Shown in pieces: positions 19,032-27,865 of a stretch of 58,801 nucleotides of DNA (position 1 is the stretch's first letter; each line of letters opens with the position of its first letter). The position numbers and the translations under genes are program-made. Source of the DNA: Hyphococcus sp. Its GTDB lineage: Bacteria > Pseudomonadota > Alphaproteobacteria > Caulobacterales > Parvularculaceae. Location: positions 1 to 58,801 of the forward strand of contig JAJFGC010000163.1 in the NCBI GenBank assembly GCA_021776345.1, in the 5' to 3' direction. Under the pieces are notes generated by a model. The model saw only the letters and a program-made list of their open reading frames with translations, searched no databases and was not told where the DNA came from.

Positions 19032-19100
19032 ATAACGTGAAATTCCACGTCTTTTTTTTCTGCGTTTCCGGCAACCACCCGAACGCCGATGGGAGCGGGG

Positions 19101-19217
19101 AAATAGCGCTTTCCCCGCGCCCTTGCAATGGTTTGAGGGCGAAAAATCCGAAACTATAGAGAAGAAGCCCATGAACCGGCAAATCGAGATTGCGCGCCCA
19201 ATAATCGACGGCTATAG
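19101..19217. promoter_or_regulatory. Putative divergent sigma70-type promoters of the two tRNAs
   Basis: Plus strand TTGCGC..GCTATAG (about 19190-19217); minus strand TTGCAA..GCTATTT (about 19128-19101). Both resemble the alphaproteobacterial TTG..GCTANA consensus. Confidence 0.5.
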
Positions 19218-19253
19218 CGAGGAGCCCTCGCCGCCATGGCGGGGCCTATATAT

Positions 19254-19330
19254 CGGAGTGTAGCTCAGCCTGGTAGAGCACCGTCTTCGGGAGGCGGGGG
19301 TCGTGAGTTCGAATCTCGCCACTCCGACCA
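19254..19330 (+). tRNA. tRNA-Pro (anticodon CGG)
   Basis: CGGAGTGTAGCTCAGCCTGGTAGAGCACCGTCTTCGGGAGGCGGGGGTCGTGAGTTCGAATCTCGCCACTCCGACCA cloverleaf. Confidence 0.97.
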
Positions 19331-19449
19331 TACTTTAGCCGCCCTGGACCTTCCTCTTAATTGGCGCCTATTACCGCACACTATTGCTCCTCACATGGCG
19401 CGCGCGGTAGACGATTAATCAAGTTTTCCAAGACAAGGGACCGATCGAC

Positions 19450-21153
19450 ATGAAGCACCGCCATTCGCTTAGCATTTTTTGTATTTCTCTCGCCCTCACG
19501 GCTTGCGGCGGCGACCCGCAACCAAAGGAAACGACAACAGCGACGGATGCGAACGACGCACCGGTCACGATCTATACCGGCGGCACAATATACACTGGCG
19601 TTGATGATGCGCCGAAGGCGGAAGCGGTTGCTGTTTCAGATGGCGTCATTCTCGGCGTCGGCACCCGCGCCATTGTCGAAGAAAGCGCCGGCGCAAATGC
19701 AACGATTGTCGATCTTGACGGCGCAACCATGCTGCCCGGCTTCACGGACGCCCATGCGCATTTTCTCGGTATCGGCATGCGCGAGCTGACGCTCAATCTC
19801 GAAGAGGTCGGCTCGATTGAAGAACTTGTCAGCGTCGTCGCTTCAATTGTTCAGGATACGGGCGATGAAGAAATTGTGTACGGACGCGGCTGGATTGAGA
19901 CCGGTTGGCCGGAAGGGCGGATGCCGACGCGCGACGATCTTGACCCTGTGAGCGCAGACAATCCGGTCATCTTAAAACGCGCCGATGGCCATGCTCTGGT
20001 TGCCAACTCGGCCGCGCTGGCCGCCGCCGGCATCGATGACGCGACCGCCGATCCTGAGGGCGGTATCATTGAGCGCGACGCAGAGGGCCGCGCCAGCGGC
20101 ATCCTCATCGACCGGGCGCAAGGCATCGTCGAAGCCCTTCTTGCCGAACCGAATGACGCAAAGAAACGCGAAGCCTATGAAAAAGGCTCTGACGTTTACG
20201 CCGCCTATGGCTGGACCGGGATGCACAACATGTCCGTTGATCCGGGCAATGCGAAGATGATTGCGGGGCTATCCGACGAGGGCGTTGTCGACGTCCGGGT
20301 TTATAATTCCATTGAGCAATCCGGCCTCGACGCGCTCGCGCAAAGCGGACCGCAAGCGAGCAACAATGGCCGCATCATTACCCGCGCGATGAAGCTTTAT
20401 CTGGATGGCGCGCTTGGCTCTCGCGGCGCCCTTCTCACCGAGCCGTATCATGACCGGCCCGAAACCAGCGGCTTGCTGCTGATGCAAAAAGACGAGGCGA
20501 TGGATTTGTTTAATCGCGCCATCGCCGGCGGCGTCCAGGTAAACACCCACGCGATCGGCGATCAGGCCAACAGGCTTTTGCTTGATTGGTATGCGGAGGC
20601 TTTTGCAGCACACCCTGACGCCAGCGATCTGCGCTGGCGTGATGAGCACACCCAGATCCTCCATGTCGAAGACATTCCCCGTTACGCCGAGCTTGGTGTG
20701 ATCGCCTCGATGCAGCCAAGCCATGCGATTGGCGATCTCTTCTTTGCGCCAGATCGTCTGGGTCCGGACCGCCTTGACGGCGCCTATCCATGGCGCTCGC
20801 TGATTGATAGCGGCGCGATCATCGCCGGCGGCTCCGATGCGCCGGTCGAGCGCGGCGACCCCTTGATCGAGTTTTACGCCGCCGTCGCCCGCCGCGGCCT
20901 TGACGGGACGCAAAATGAAGACTGGCGGCCCGACCAGGCGGTGACCCGCGCCGAAGCATTGAAGATGTTCACGCTGTGGCCAGCCTACGCGTCTTTTCAG
21001 GAAGACAGCCTCGGCACCATCGAACCCGGCAAACGCGCGGACTTCACGGTCTTTGCAAAAGACATCATGACCATTCCGGAAGCGGAGATCCTGTCGGCAA
21101 CGCCAGTAATGACGGTGGTGGACGGCAAGATTGTTTTTCGGGCGGCCAGGTAA
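19450..21153 (+). CDS. Amidohydrolase (YtcJ-like, amidohydro_3), lipoprotein
   Basis: Lipobox LTAC; PGFTDAHAH, KLYLDGALGSRGA, HAIGD, GSDAPVE, GTIEPGKRADF. Confidence 0.9.
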   Translation: MKHRHSLSIFCISLALTACGGDPQPKETTTATDANDAPVTIYTGGTIYTGVDDAPKAEAVAVSDGVILGVGTRAIVEESAGANATIVDLDGATMLPGFTDAHAHFLGIGMRELTLNLEEVGSIEELVSVVASIVQDTGDEEIVYGRGWIETGWPEGRMPTRDDLDPVSADNPVILKRADGHALVANSAALAAAGIDDATADPEGGIIERDAEGRASGILIDRAQGIVEALLAEPNDAKKREAYEKGSDVYAAYGWTGMHNMSVDPGNAKMIAGLSDEGVVDVRVYNSIEQSGLDALAQSGPQASNNGRIITRAMKLYLDGALGSRGALLTEPYHDRPETSGLLLMQKDEAMDLFNRAIAGGVQVNTHAIGDQANRLLLDWYAEAFAAHPDASDLRWRDEHTQILHVEDIPRYAELGVIASMQPSHAIGDLFFAPDRLGPDRLDGAYPWRSLIDSGAIIAGGSDAPVERGDPLIEFYAAVARRGLDGTQNEDWRPDQAVTRAEALKMFTLWPAYASFQEDSLGTIEPGKRADFTVFAKDIMTIPEAEILSATPVMTVVDGKIVFRAAR

Positions 21154-21192
21154 AAAGAACCGGCCTCATATTCAACGAGGCCGGTCCTTTTT
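21152..21192. terminator. Bidirectional intrinsic terminator
   Basis: AAAAAGAACCGGCCTC-ATATTCAAC-GAGGCCGGTCCTTTTT between convergent genes. Confidence 0.8.
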
Positions 21193-21222
21193 GACTGTAT
21201 TTTGCCGAGCATGCCCGCGCGT

Positions 21223-22074
21223 TTAGTCGAGCCAGGCGGGAAACGCCGGAAGCGCCTCAAAATCTTTCGGCTCGTGTTGAATAATAACGCGGGCGCCTTG
21301 CGCTTCTGCCAGCGCTTCAAACGCCGCAATCGACCGTCTCGTTTGTTCAATGTCGGTGTTGAATACCGGCACAGCGCCGAGACGGCGCCCGGCGGAATGC
21401 GTTATCAAGTCCCCGGTCAAAAGTTGAGGACCCGCATTCGTCAAGCGGAGTAACAAAACGGCGCTGCCCGGCGTGTGCCCGGGCAGTTTCTTGATCACTA
21501 CGCGCCCATCACCGAACACATCATGCTCATCATCAAATTGAATTGTCCGGGCGTCTTCCAGCGGCGCATAAGCTTTAAAACTCTCAGCGTTGTCTCGCGC
21601 CTCATCGGAAAACATGTAGGCGTGTTCGGCAGCGCTAATGATAAAGGTCGAGTTTTTAAAAAGACCGGCGTTGCCGGCATGGTCAGGATGAGAGTGCGAC
21701 ACGGCGAGAAACTCAATGTCATTTACATCAAGTCCCAGCTCTTGAAGTTGATCGGTCAACCGCGCTGACATGGATGAATGAAATCCGCCGCCGCTGATGC
21801 CGCCCGGCATATCCGCGAGGGATTGATCAAACCCTGTATCCCAAATGACATCACCTTCGGCATGACGGATCAGGTAGCAAGGCACGACCAGCGCATAACT
21901 TTGCCCTGCAAAGGCGCCATCCACCGAGAACGATTTCATATCGTCCACATCAATCGACCCGCAATCCATCGCGTATAATTGGATAGCTGGCGCGATTGCC
22001 CGCTCCTGGACACAGCCGCCCGCCAGGGATGCCAAAACAAGCGCGAAGAAGGTCTGAATGGTAAAAAATTTCAT
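21223..22074 (-). CDS. N-acyl homoserine lactonase family MBL-fold hydrolase, probable lipoprotein
   Basis: SHSHPDHAGN (HxHxDH), DVFGDG, PGHTPGS, LLTGDL, IIQHE; N-terminal LAGGC lipobox. Confidence 0.78.
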   Translation of the reverse strand: MKFFTIQTFFALVLASLAGGCVQERAIAPAIQLYAMDCGSIDVDDMKSFSVDGAFAGQSYALVVPCYLIRHAEGDVIWDTGFDQSLADMPGGISGGGFHSSMSARLTDQLQELGLDVNDIEFLAVSHSHPDHAGNAGLFKNSTFIISAAEHAYMFSDEARDNAESFKAYAPLEDARTIQFDDEHDVFGDGRVVIKKLPGHTPGSAVLLLRLTNAGPQLLTGDLITHSAGRRLGAVPVFNTDIEQTRRSIAAFEALAEAQGARVIIQHEPKDFEALPAFPAWLD

Positions 22075-22200
22075 CGCCGCGTCCTAATCTGCTTCCGGCG
22101 AACCGCCAACACTGGGCGAAGGCGCTTCAAATCTTTGCGAGTGACGCTTTCCGCGCGCTGGCTTATTGTGCCGGGCATGCGCCACCCCCATCTATGCGCC

Positions 22201-22308
22201 ATGATGACCTTCTGGCAGTTCATAATCTTTTTTGGGCTCGTCGTTTTTGTTCTCTGGAATCTGTGGATGGCAATTCGTGAAATTGGCAACATCGGCGACA
22301 AAGACTGA
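22201..22308 (+). CDS. Candidate 35-aa single-TM small protein
   Basis: MMTFWQFIIFFGLVVFVLWNLWMAIREIGNIGDKD fills an otherwise empty intergenic gap. Confidence 0.45.
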   Translation: MMTFWQFIIFFGLVVFVLWNLWMAIREIGNIGDKD

Positions 22309-22342
22309 GACGTGACCCTTGGGGGCTTCAAGCCCGCGCCGG

Positions 22343-22732
22343 TTAGTCATACGGCGCGTCGGTCAATCTTTGTGAAATCCACCAGATATTGCCGGCCGCA
22401 TCTTTGACGCCGCCCTGGCGATCGCCGTAGTCCATGTCCTGGGCTTCAAAAATCAGCGTCATGCCTGCGTCGAGCGCTTGCTTCATTGAGGCGTCTGCGT
22501 CTTCGACGTAAAAATAGGTTGCCGATTGCGACGGTCCAAAATCACCCTGCGTTTCTGCAACCATAATGCCGGCGTCGCCAAATCGGATTTGTCCATTCGC
22601 GAGCTTGCCGTCGCGCATTGTCCGGCCTGCATCGACCCCGCCAAGCGCGGCAAGCAAATGGTCCATATACTTGTCCGCATCCGTTGCAAAAATATAAGGC
22701 GCGACCTGCGAAAACCCTTCTGGAATAAGCAT
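22343..22732 (-). CDS. VOC family (PhnB-like) protein
   Basis: FYVEDADA..ALDAG..DMDYGDRQGGVKDAAGNIWWI. Confidence 0.88.
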   Translation of the reverse strand: MLIPEGFSQVAPYIFATDADKYMDHLLAALGGVDAGRTMRDGKLANGQIRFGDAGIMVAETQGDFGPSQSATYFYVEDADASMKQALDAGMTLIFEAQDMDYGDRQGGVKDAAGNIWWISQRLTDAPYD

Positions 22733-22744
22733 CAGTTTCTCCTC

Positions 22745-23680
22745 TCAAAGTTGCCCATCGCCTGTTGGACGACGCTGTTTCCATAAACGCCCGTCGATTG
22801 CCGAGAGCCCCAATCCAATAAACGCCATACCGACAAGATGAACAGGTCTAAGCTCTTCACCCAAAAGTGTAACGCCAAGCAAAATCGCCGAGACCGGAAT
22901 GAGGAATGTGACCAGCAAAAGATTTGTTGCGCCCGACGACGAAAGTAATCGGAAATAGAGAATGTAAGCGAGCGCCGTCGACAGCAAGGCGAGTGCGATA
23001 ACACTGATCCAGACATCGCCGCCCGGCATTGGCAGGAGATACGGCCGGTCTACGACAAGAGCGACCGGCGTCAATATGACCGAAGAGGCCGTCACCTGCC
23101 CGGCGGCGGTGAGGATCGGGTCCAACCCCATCGTCTTAAAACGTCGCCCGAACACACCCGCAAAGGCGTAGGCGAGCGCTGCGCCGAGAATGGCCATCTG
23201 CGCAACTACCGCCGCGCCGAACCCGTCAAGCGCCGCCGGTCCGATCATCACGACGACGCCGACAAAGCCGACCACAACGCCGGCGATCTTCATTGGCGTT
23301 GCGCGCTCATCACGCAGGAAAACATGGGCGACGACCACCGCAAAAAGCGGCGTTGTTGCGTTGAAGATAGACGCAAGGCCTGACGCAATTTCGGTCTGTC
23401 CCCAAACGATCAGGGAAAACGGGATGACGTTGTTCAATAGCCCCATACCGGCAAAGGCGAGCCAGACTTTTAACGATCGCGGCGGCTTTAATCCTCGGAC
23501 AAGTGCAACCGCCCACAAAGCAAGCGCCGCCAGCGCCACCCGAATAGCGACCAGGGTCAGCGTCGGCAGGCCTTGAAGGGCGACTTCGACAAAAAAGAAG
23601 GACCCGCCCCAGAGCACCGACAGAATGATCAGCATGCCCCATTCCGCCGGGCCCATCGACAAGTTTATCTTCTCGGCCAA
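22745..23680 (-). CDS. DMT/EamA family transporter
   Basis: About 10 TM; LWGGSFFF, NNVIPFSLIVWGQTEIASGLASIFNATTP. Confidence 0.9.
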   Translation of the reverse strand: MAEKINLSMGPAEWGMLIILSVLWGGSFFFVEVALQGLPTLTLVAIRVALAALALWAVALVRGLKPPRSLKVWLAFAGMGLLNNVIPFSLIVWGQTEIASGLASIFNATTPLFAVVVAHVFLRDERATPMKIAGVVVGFVGVVVMIGPAALDGFGAAVVAQMAILGAALAYAFAGVFGRRFKTMGLDPILTAAGQVTASSVILTPVALVVDRPYLLPMPGGDVWISVIALALLSTALAYILYFRLLSSSGATNLLLVTFLIPVSAILLGVTLLGEELRPVHLVGMAFIGLGLSAIDGRLWKQRRPTGDGQL

Positions 23681-23779
23681 AATCGCCTCCCATGAGCGGT
23701 CGGCGAAACCTTATGCTGACTGGCGGCGCCGGCGCATCCCGTTTCTTGCTATCGGAAGACAGATGCGCCGGGCGCCCTT

Positions 23780-24091
23780 TTACATCTCGATAATCTCGGC
23801 GACTTCCACGTTGCCGCCGCTTTCATGGATCGGACAGCCTTTTGCGATCTTGACTGCCGCGTCAATCGTGTCGGCGGTGACAATGCCGTAGCCGGAGGCA
23901 GGGTTCGCCCCGCCATTATCGGCGACGCCGCCGGATGAGACCGTTTTCGACATGCCAACGGGCGCGCCGGGATCGGCAAAGCCGTCTCCGACACCGCCAA
24001 TCCATGCGCCCCATTGGGCCATCACCTTCTCACCCTCTTCCGGGGTCTCCGGGTGCTTACCGCCATGATAGACAAACAAAAATTTCGGCAT
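23780..24091 (-). CDS. YciI-like protein
   Basis: MPKFLFVYHGG..GYGIVTADTIDAAVKIAKGCP..VEVAE; start set to ATG 24091. Confidence 0.75.
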   Translation of the reverse strand: MPKFLFVYHGGKHPETPEEGEKVMAQWGAWIGGVGDGFADPGAPVGMSKTVSSGGVADNGGANPASGYGIVTADTIDAAVKIAKGCPIHESGGNVEVAEIIEM

Positions 24092-24219
24092 TTTCTTCTC
24101 CTTTTTGCAACAGTATCGGCCTACATGCGCGGCCAAGCGAACCACGCCTATTCATGAGACGGGCAATGACAGCGCCGTTCGACAATTTGGCGCGAAATGA
24201 ATTTACAGGCCGCTCGCGC

Positions 24220-24672
24220 CTAAGCCGCCTCGGCCCGTTTCAGGAACTCGCCCAGCTTGGTGAATGCCGCCGTCCAGCCGCCGCGCACAATCCCGCTCAA
24301 ATCCATCGGCAAATTATCATGGGTGAGCGTCACTTCGGTTTGATCGCCTTTTTCCTCAAACCGCACCCGCACCAGGTTTTTTTGATTATGGATCGGATCC
24401 TCAGCGACAAAGGCAAGTAGTTTGGGCGGATCATATTCTTTTAGCATGCCGCCGCCGGGAAATTCACCCGCGCCGTCAATCGTCATCATATGAATATATT
24501 TGCCGCCAACTTTTTGCTCGATCTCGGAAGAGACCTTCGTGGTCTGAGCGCAGCCCCACCATTGCTGCACTTTGTTGGTTTCAACCCATGCGTCGAATAC
24601 GGCCTCGCGCGGCGCGTCATAGGTTTTTCTAACTGTCAGCACATGATCATTGTACGAGATATCAATGCTCAT
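24220..24672 (-). CDS. SRPBCC/AHSA1 domain protein
   Basis: RKTYDAPREAVFDAW..QWWG..TEVTLTH..GGWTAAFTKL. Confidence 0.88.
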   Translation of the reverse strand: MSIDISYNDHVLTVRKTYDAPREAVFDAWVETNKVQQWWGCAQTTKVSSEIEQKVGGKYIHMMTIDGAGEFPGGGMLKEYDPPKLLAFVAEDPIHNQKNLVRVRFEEKGDQTEVTLTHDNLPMDLSGIVRGGWTAAFTKLGEFLKRAEAA

Positions 24673-25001
24673 TGTTTGGTCTCCTTCTTAGACTGCAAAT
24701 AAGCGTCCACCGCGTCGAATTGCTCGGCCCAGTAGCGGCTGTAATGATCGATCCAGGCTTGCGCCGCCTTGGCGGCTTCCGGATTGACCCGAACGAATTG
24801 CTCGCGGCCGCGGCGCTGTTTTCGGATCAGCCCCGCCCGCTCCAGCACTTTCAAATGTTTGGAAATCGCCGGCTGCGACATCTCATGGGACGAGGCCAGC
24901 GCGCTCACATTCGCCTCGCCGCGCGAGAGTTGTTCCAGCATGCCCCGACGGGTCGCGTCAGAAAGGGCGCCGAAGATGTGATCGAGATGCTCTTGATTCA
25001 T
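24669..25001 (-). CDS. ArsR/SmtB family transcriptional regulator
   Basis: FGALSDATRRGML..SQPAISKHLKVLERAGLI; translationally coupled to the SRPBCC gene. Confidence 0.9.
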   Translation of the reverse strand: MNQEHLDHIFGALSDATRRGMLEQLSRGEANVSALASSHEMSQPAISKHLKVLERAGLIRKQRRGREQFVRVNPEAAKAAQAWIDHYSRYWAEQFDAVDAYLQSKKETKQ

Positions 25002-25015
25002 AACTAAATGGTTAT
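25000..25015. promoter_or_regulatory. Putative ArsR autoregulatory operator
   Basis: Palindrome ATAAC-TAAATG-GTTAT overlapping the start codon, adjacent to minus-strand TTGACA (25022-25017). Confidence 0.6.
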
Positions 25016-25111
25016 ATGTCAAGAGACTTTGAGTCAACCATTGTCTGGCGCAGGCGCGATCTCTATCTCGCGCTCCGACCCGACGCTACAGCGATATGAA
25101 GGTGAATTCAT

Positions 25112-25783
25112 ATGAAACCCATTGATGAGCTGATCGACATGGCCGCCGCCCGCAAGGGCGGCCGCGAGGCGATGCTGGCCTTGATCGAAAAGCCCAAATC
25201 AAAAGCGGCGCTGAAAAAAATCCCAGACGACCGCTGGCTTTCCGACATGTCGAGGCGCGTTTTTCAGGCCGGATTCAACTGGAGCGTTGTCGACAAAAAG
25301 TGGGATGGGTTTGAGGACGCCTTTGACGGATTTTCTCCTGCCCGCTGGGCGCATATGTCCGATGACGATCTCGACACGCTGTTGAAGGATGCGCGCATCG
25401 TCCGCCACGCAACGAAAATCCAGTCTGTGCGCGACAATGCGAAGTTTGTTCTCGACCTATCCAAGGAACACGGAAGCGCCGGCGCCTTCTTCGCTGATCA
25501 CCCGAAGACTGCTTATGTCGATCTGTTGACGGTAATGAAAAAGAATGGCGCGCGGCTGGGCGGCGCGACCGCACAATATTTTCTCCGCGGCATGGGCGTC
25601 GATAGCGTCATCTTCACCGATCATGTTGTGAAGGCGTTAATCCGTGAAAAGATTGTAGACAAGGCGCCGTCTTCTCAGCGCGATCTGGCGAAATGTCAGG
25701 ATGCGTTCAATATCTGGCTTGGCCAGTCAAAGGTAACGCTCAACCAGATATCACGCGTGCTCGCCTTCACGGTCGATGGCTAA
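25112..25783 (+). CDS. DNA-3-methyladenine glycosylase I-like protein
   Basis: DDRWLSDMSRRVFQAGFNWSVVDKKWDGFEDAF..RIVRHATKIQSVRDNA. Confidence 0.8.
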   Translation: MKPIDELIDMAAARKGGREAMLALIEKPKSKAALKKIPDDRWLSDMSRRVFQAGFNWSVVDKKWDGFEDAFDGFSPARWAHMSDDDLDTLLKDARIVRHATKIQSVRDNAKFVLDLSKEHGSAGAFFADHPKTAYVDLLTVMKKNGARLGGATAQYFLRGMGVDSVIFTDHVVKALIREKIVDKAPSSQRDLAKCQDAFNIWLGQSKVTLNQISRVLAFTVDG

Positions 25784-25788
25784 AGCGC

Positions 25789-26214
25789 TTATGTTGCAAA
25801 AAGCTGCCGCATATCCTCGAAGTATTTAAACTCAAGCGCATTGCCGGCGGGGTCTAACAAAAAGAACGTCCCCTGCTCTCCCGCTTCGCCTTTAAAGCGA
25901 ACCCCCGGCTCAATGATGAAATCGATCGTTGCATTGGTGAAACGGTCGGCCAGCGCGCGCCATTGATCAGGCGCCAGCACCACACCGAAATGCTTCACCG
26001 GAACCTGTTTACCATCGACCTCGCTGGTTGAGGCGCGGGCGCACTCTTCCGGCGCCAGATGCGTCACCAATTGATGGCCAAAGAAATCAAAGTCGATCCA
26101 CTGGTCCGAGCGACGCCCCGTCTTGCACCCCATCACCCCGCCGTAGAAATCCTCAGCGGCCTTCAAATCATCGACCGGGATCGCCAGATGAAACGGTTGC
26201 AGCGTGTCGCCCAT
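25789..26214 (-). CDS. VOC/glyoxalase family protein
   Basis: PFHLAIPV..WIDFDFFGHQLVTH..HFGVVL..DPAGNALEFK. Confidence 0.88.
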   Translation of the reverse strand: MGDTLQPFHLAIPVDDLKAAEDFYGGVMGCKTGRRSDQWIDFDFFGHQLVTHLAPEECARASTSEVDGKQVPVKHFGVVLAPDQWRALADRFTNATIDFIIEPGVRFKGEAGEQGTFFLLDPAGNALEFKYFEDMRQLFAT

Positions 26215-26355
26215 GATTTGATCCTACGTTTAAGGCGGTGCGCCCTTGCATCGCCAGCGCGGCCGGGAGAAAACAAGCTTATGAGATTTTTGTGCATTAT
26301 CATACTGGCCGTGTGCTCGCTCGCCGCGCGCGCCGCGCCGCAGAAGGAGGCAGCA

Positions 26356-26823
26356 ATGGCCGAAGACTTCAGGCAGGTTACCGAGGACTTTTTTGTCGCG
26401 CCGCAACTAAGCGTCGCGGACGTCAAGGCCGCCGCCGCCAAGGGCGTGACGCTGATCATTAACAACCGCCCAGATGGAGAAATGATCGGCCAGCCAACGA
26501 GCGCTGAGATGGAAGCCGCGGCCAAAGAGGCCGGGATCGCTTACGCCTATCTTCCCGTTGACAGCCGCGGCATCACGCCAAACCACACCGCCAGCTTTGA
26601 AGATGCGGTGAACGAAGCGCCCGATGGCAAGACCCTCGCCTTCTGCCGCTCAGGAATGCGCTCAATTCTGGTGCGATCTTATGCCGCCGCCCGTTTCGGC
26701 AAACCGGTGGATCAGATCATCGCCGAAGCCGCCGCCGCGGGCTATGACATTGCCGGTCATGAACCGGCCATGATCATGCTCCATGATGCGAGCAAGACAC
26801 CGCGCACAGACCCGCCGGTTTAG
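26356..26823 (+). CDS. TIGR01244 family sulfurtransferase/phosphatase-like protein
   Basis: IINNRPDGE..QP, LAFCRSGMRS (CX5R loop); AAGGAGG RBS before ATG 26356; alternative start at 26281. Confidence 0.82.
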   Translation: MAEDFRQVTEDFFVAPQLSVADVKAAAAKGVTLIINNRPDGEMIGQPTSAEMEAAAKEAGIAYAYLPVDSRGITPNHTASFEDAVNEAPDGKTLAFCRSGMRSILVRSYAAARFGKPVDQIIAEAAAAGYDIAGHEPAMIMLHDASKTPRTDPPV

Positions 26824-26843
26824 ATGTTGTTGGAGTACCGCTG

Positions 26844-27281
26844 ATGTTAAGCGCCCTTGCCGGATCGTTTTTTCTTATCGCCGCTAGTGGTGTTCAGTCC
26901 GTTGATCCCTCACTCGGCGATGCGCCGACCATCCGCAAGCTGCCCAAAAAAGAATGTAGCTGTCCGCCGGAACCGGAGAAAGATGTCTTCACGCTTTACG
27001 GCCTTGTCGTTGATGCGGAGGTGACGCTCGCTCCCGACGGACGCTCGGCGAATGAGCGCCAGGCAACCATCATCAATCTTGTCGAACCGGACGACGACGC
27101 CAATGTCAGCGCTGGGGAGCGCGCGCGGGTCTGGCACAAAACCAAATCAGAGCAATGCGGCGTCACCTTCGACTATGGCCGCAAATACAAAATCCCCGCG
27201 CGCAAAACCGAACAAGGTCAGTTTGAAACGGATCTTTGTTTGATGCGGCAGGCAGGGCGCCTTCTAAACGCCACCCAGTGA
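26844..27281 (+). CDS. Hypothetical exported protein
   Basis: Signal-like N-terminus; CSCP, CGVTF and DLC cysteines. Confidence 0.6.
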   Translation: MLSALAGSFFLIAASGVQSVDPSLGDAPTIRKLPKKECSCPPEPEKDVFTLYGLVVDAEVTLAPDGRSANERQATIINLVEPDDDANVSAGERARVWHKTKSEQCGVTFDYGRKYKIPARKTEQGQFETDLCLMRQAGRLLNATQ

Positions 27282-27768
27282 CGGCCTGCTACAATATCGA
27301 TTTTCAAACTCCACCCAAAGCCGGTCAATCAAGTCTCCAGCGGCTGGCGCATCCTCGATTTTTGTAACGCCCCGCCCCGCATACATTGCGAGATCTTCCA
27401 AGACGCCTTCATGGCCTGCGACAGGGTACATAATGGAGTATCTCTTGGTCGCGCCCATTTGCGAGTGCGTGGCGACAATGTCGTCTTCGCCGGGCTTGCC
27501 GCCCTTAAGCGGGCAACCTTGCGCCTCCCAATTGAGAAAAGTGTCATTCCTCAAGACTCTGTGCGTGGCGTCCCAATCCCGGTTGAAACAATTGGTATAG
27601 GTTGTTGCGTTGTCACCTGCATTGACCAGCGCATTTTTTATATCTCTGATGACCATTGCTCTCCTTCGTCGCCTTAAACCGTGTACCGAGTATCGCCGCC
27701 GAGGCGCCGGCGGATGCCGAGAGCGTCGTAGCGGATAGCCCCACGCTAACCGCAGCGCTGTTTTTCAT
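27264..27768 (-). pseudogene. Nitronate monooxygenase family remnant (5'-truncated, frameshifted)
   Basis: One frame gives AGASAAILGTRFKATKESNGHQRYK, then shifts at the T6 run (27634-27639) into NALVNAG..HRVLRN..MYAGRGV..I..A.DLI. The N-terminal two-thirds of the enzyme is missing. Confidence 0.7.
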
Positions 27769-27865
27769 AAAACTTCTTCTTGATGTGTTATTCTATGTTG
27801 TTGAAGACATGATTGTTTTTCCGTTTATCGAGGCCATTTTTTTTTAGAAATACCGTAAGACGCGT

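Noticed and set aside
18842-19418. Short ORFs around 18.8-19.4 kb
   Set aside because: They overlap the two tRNA genes and their promoters.
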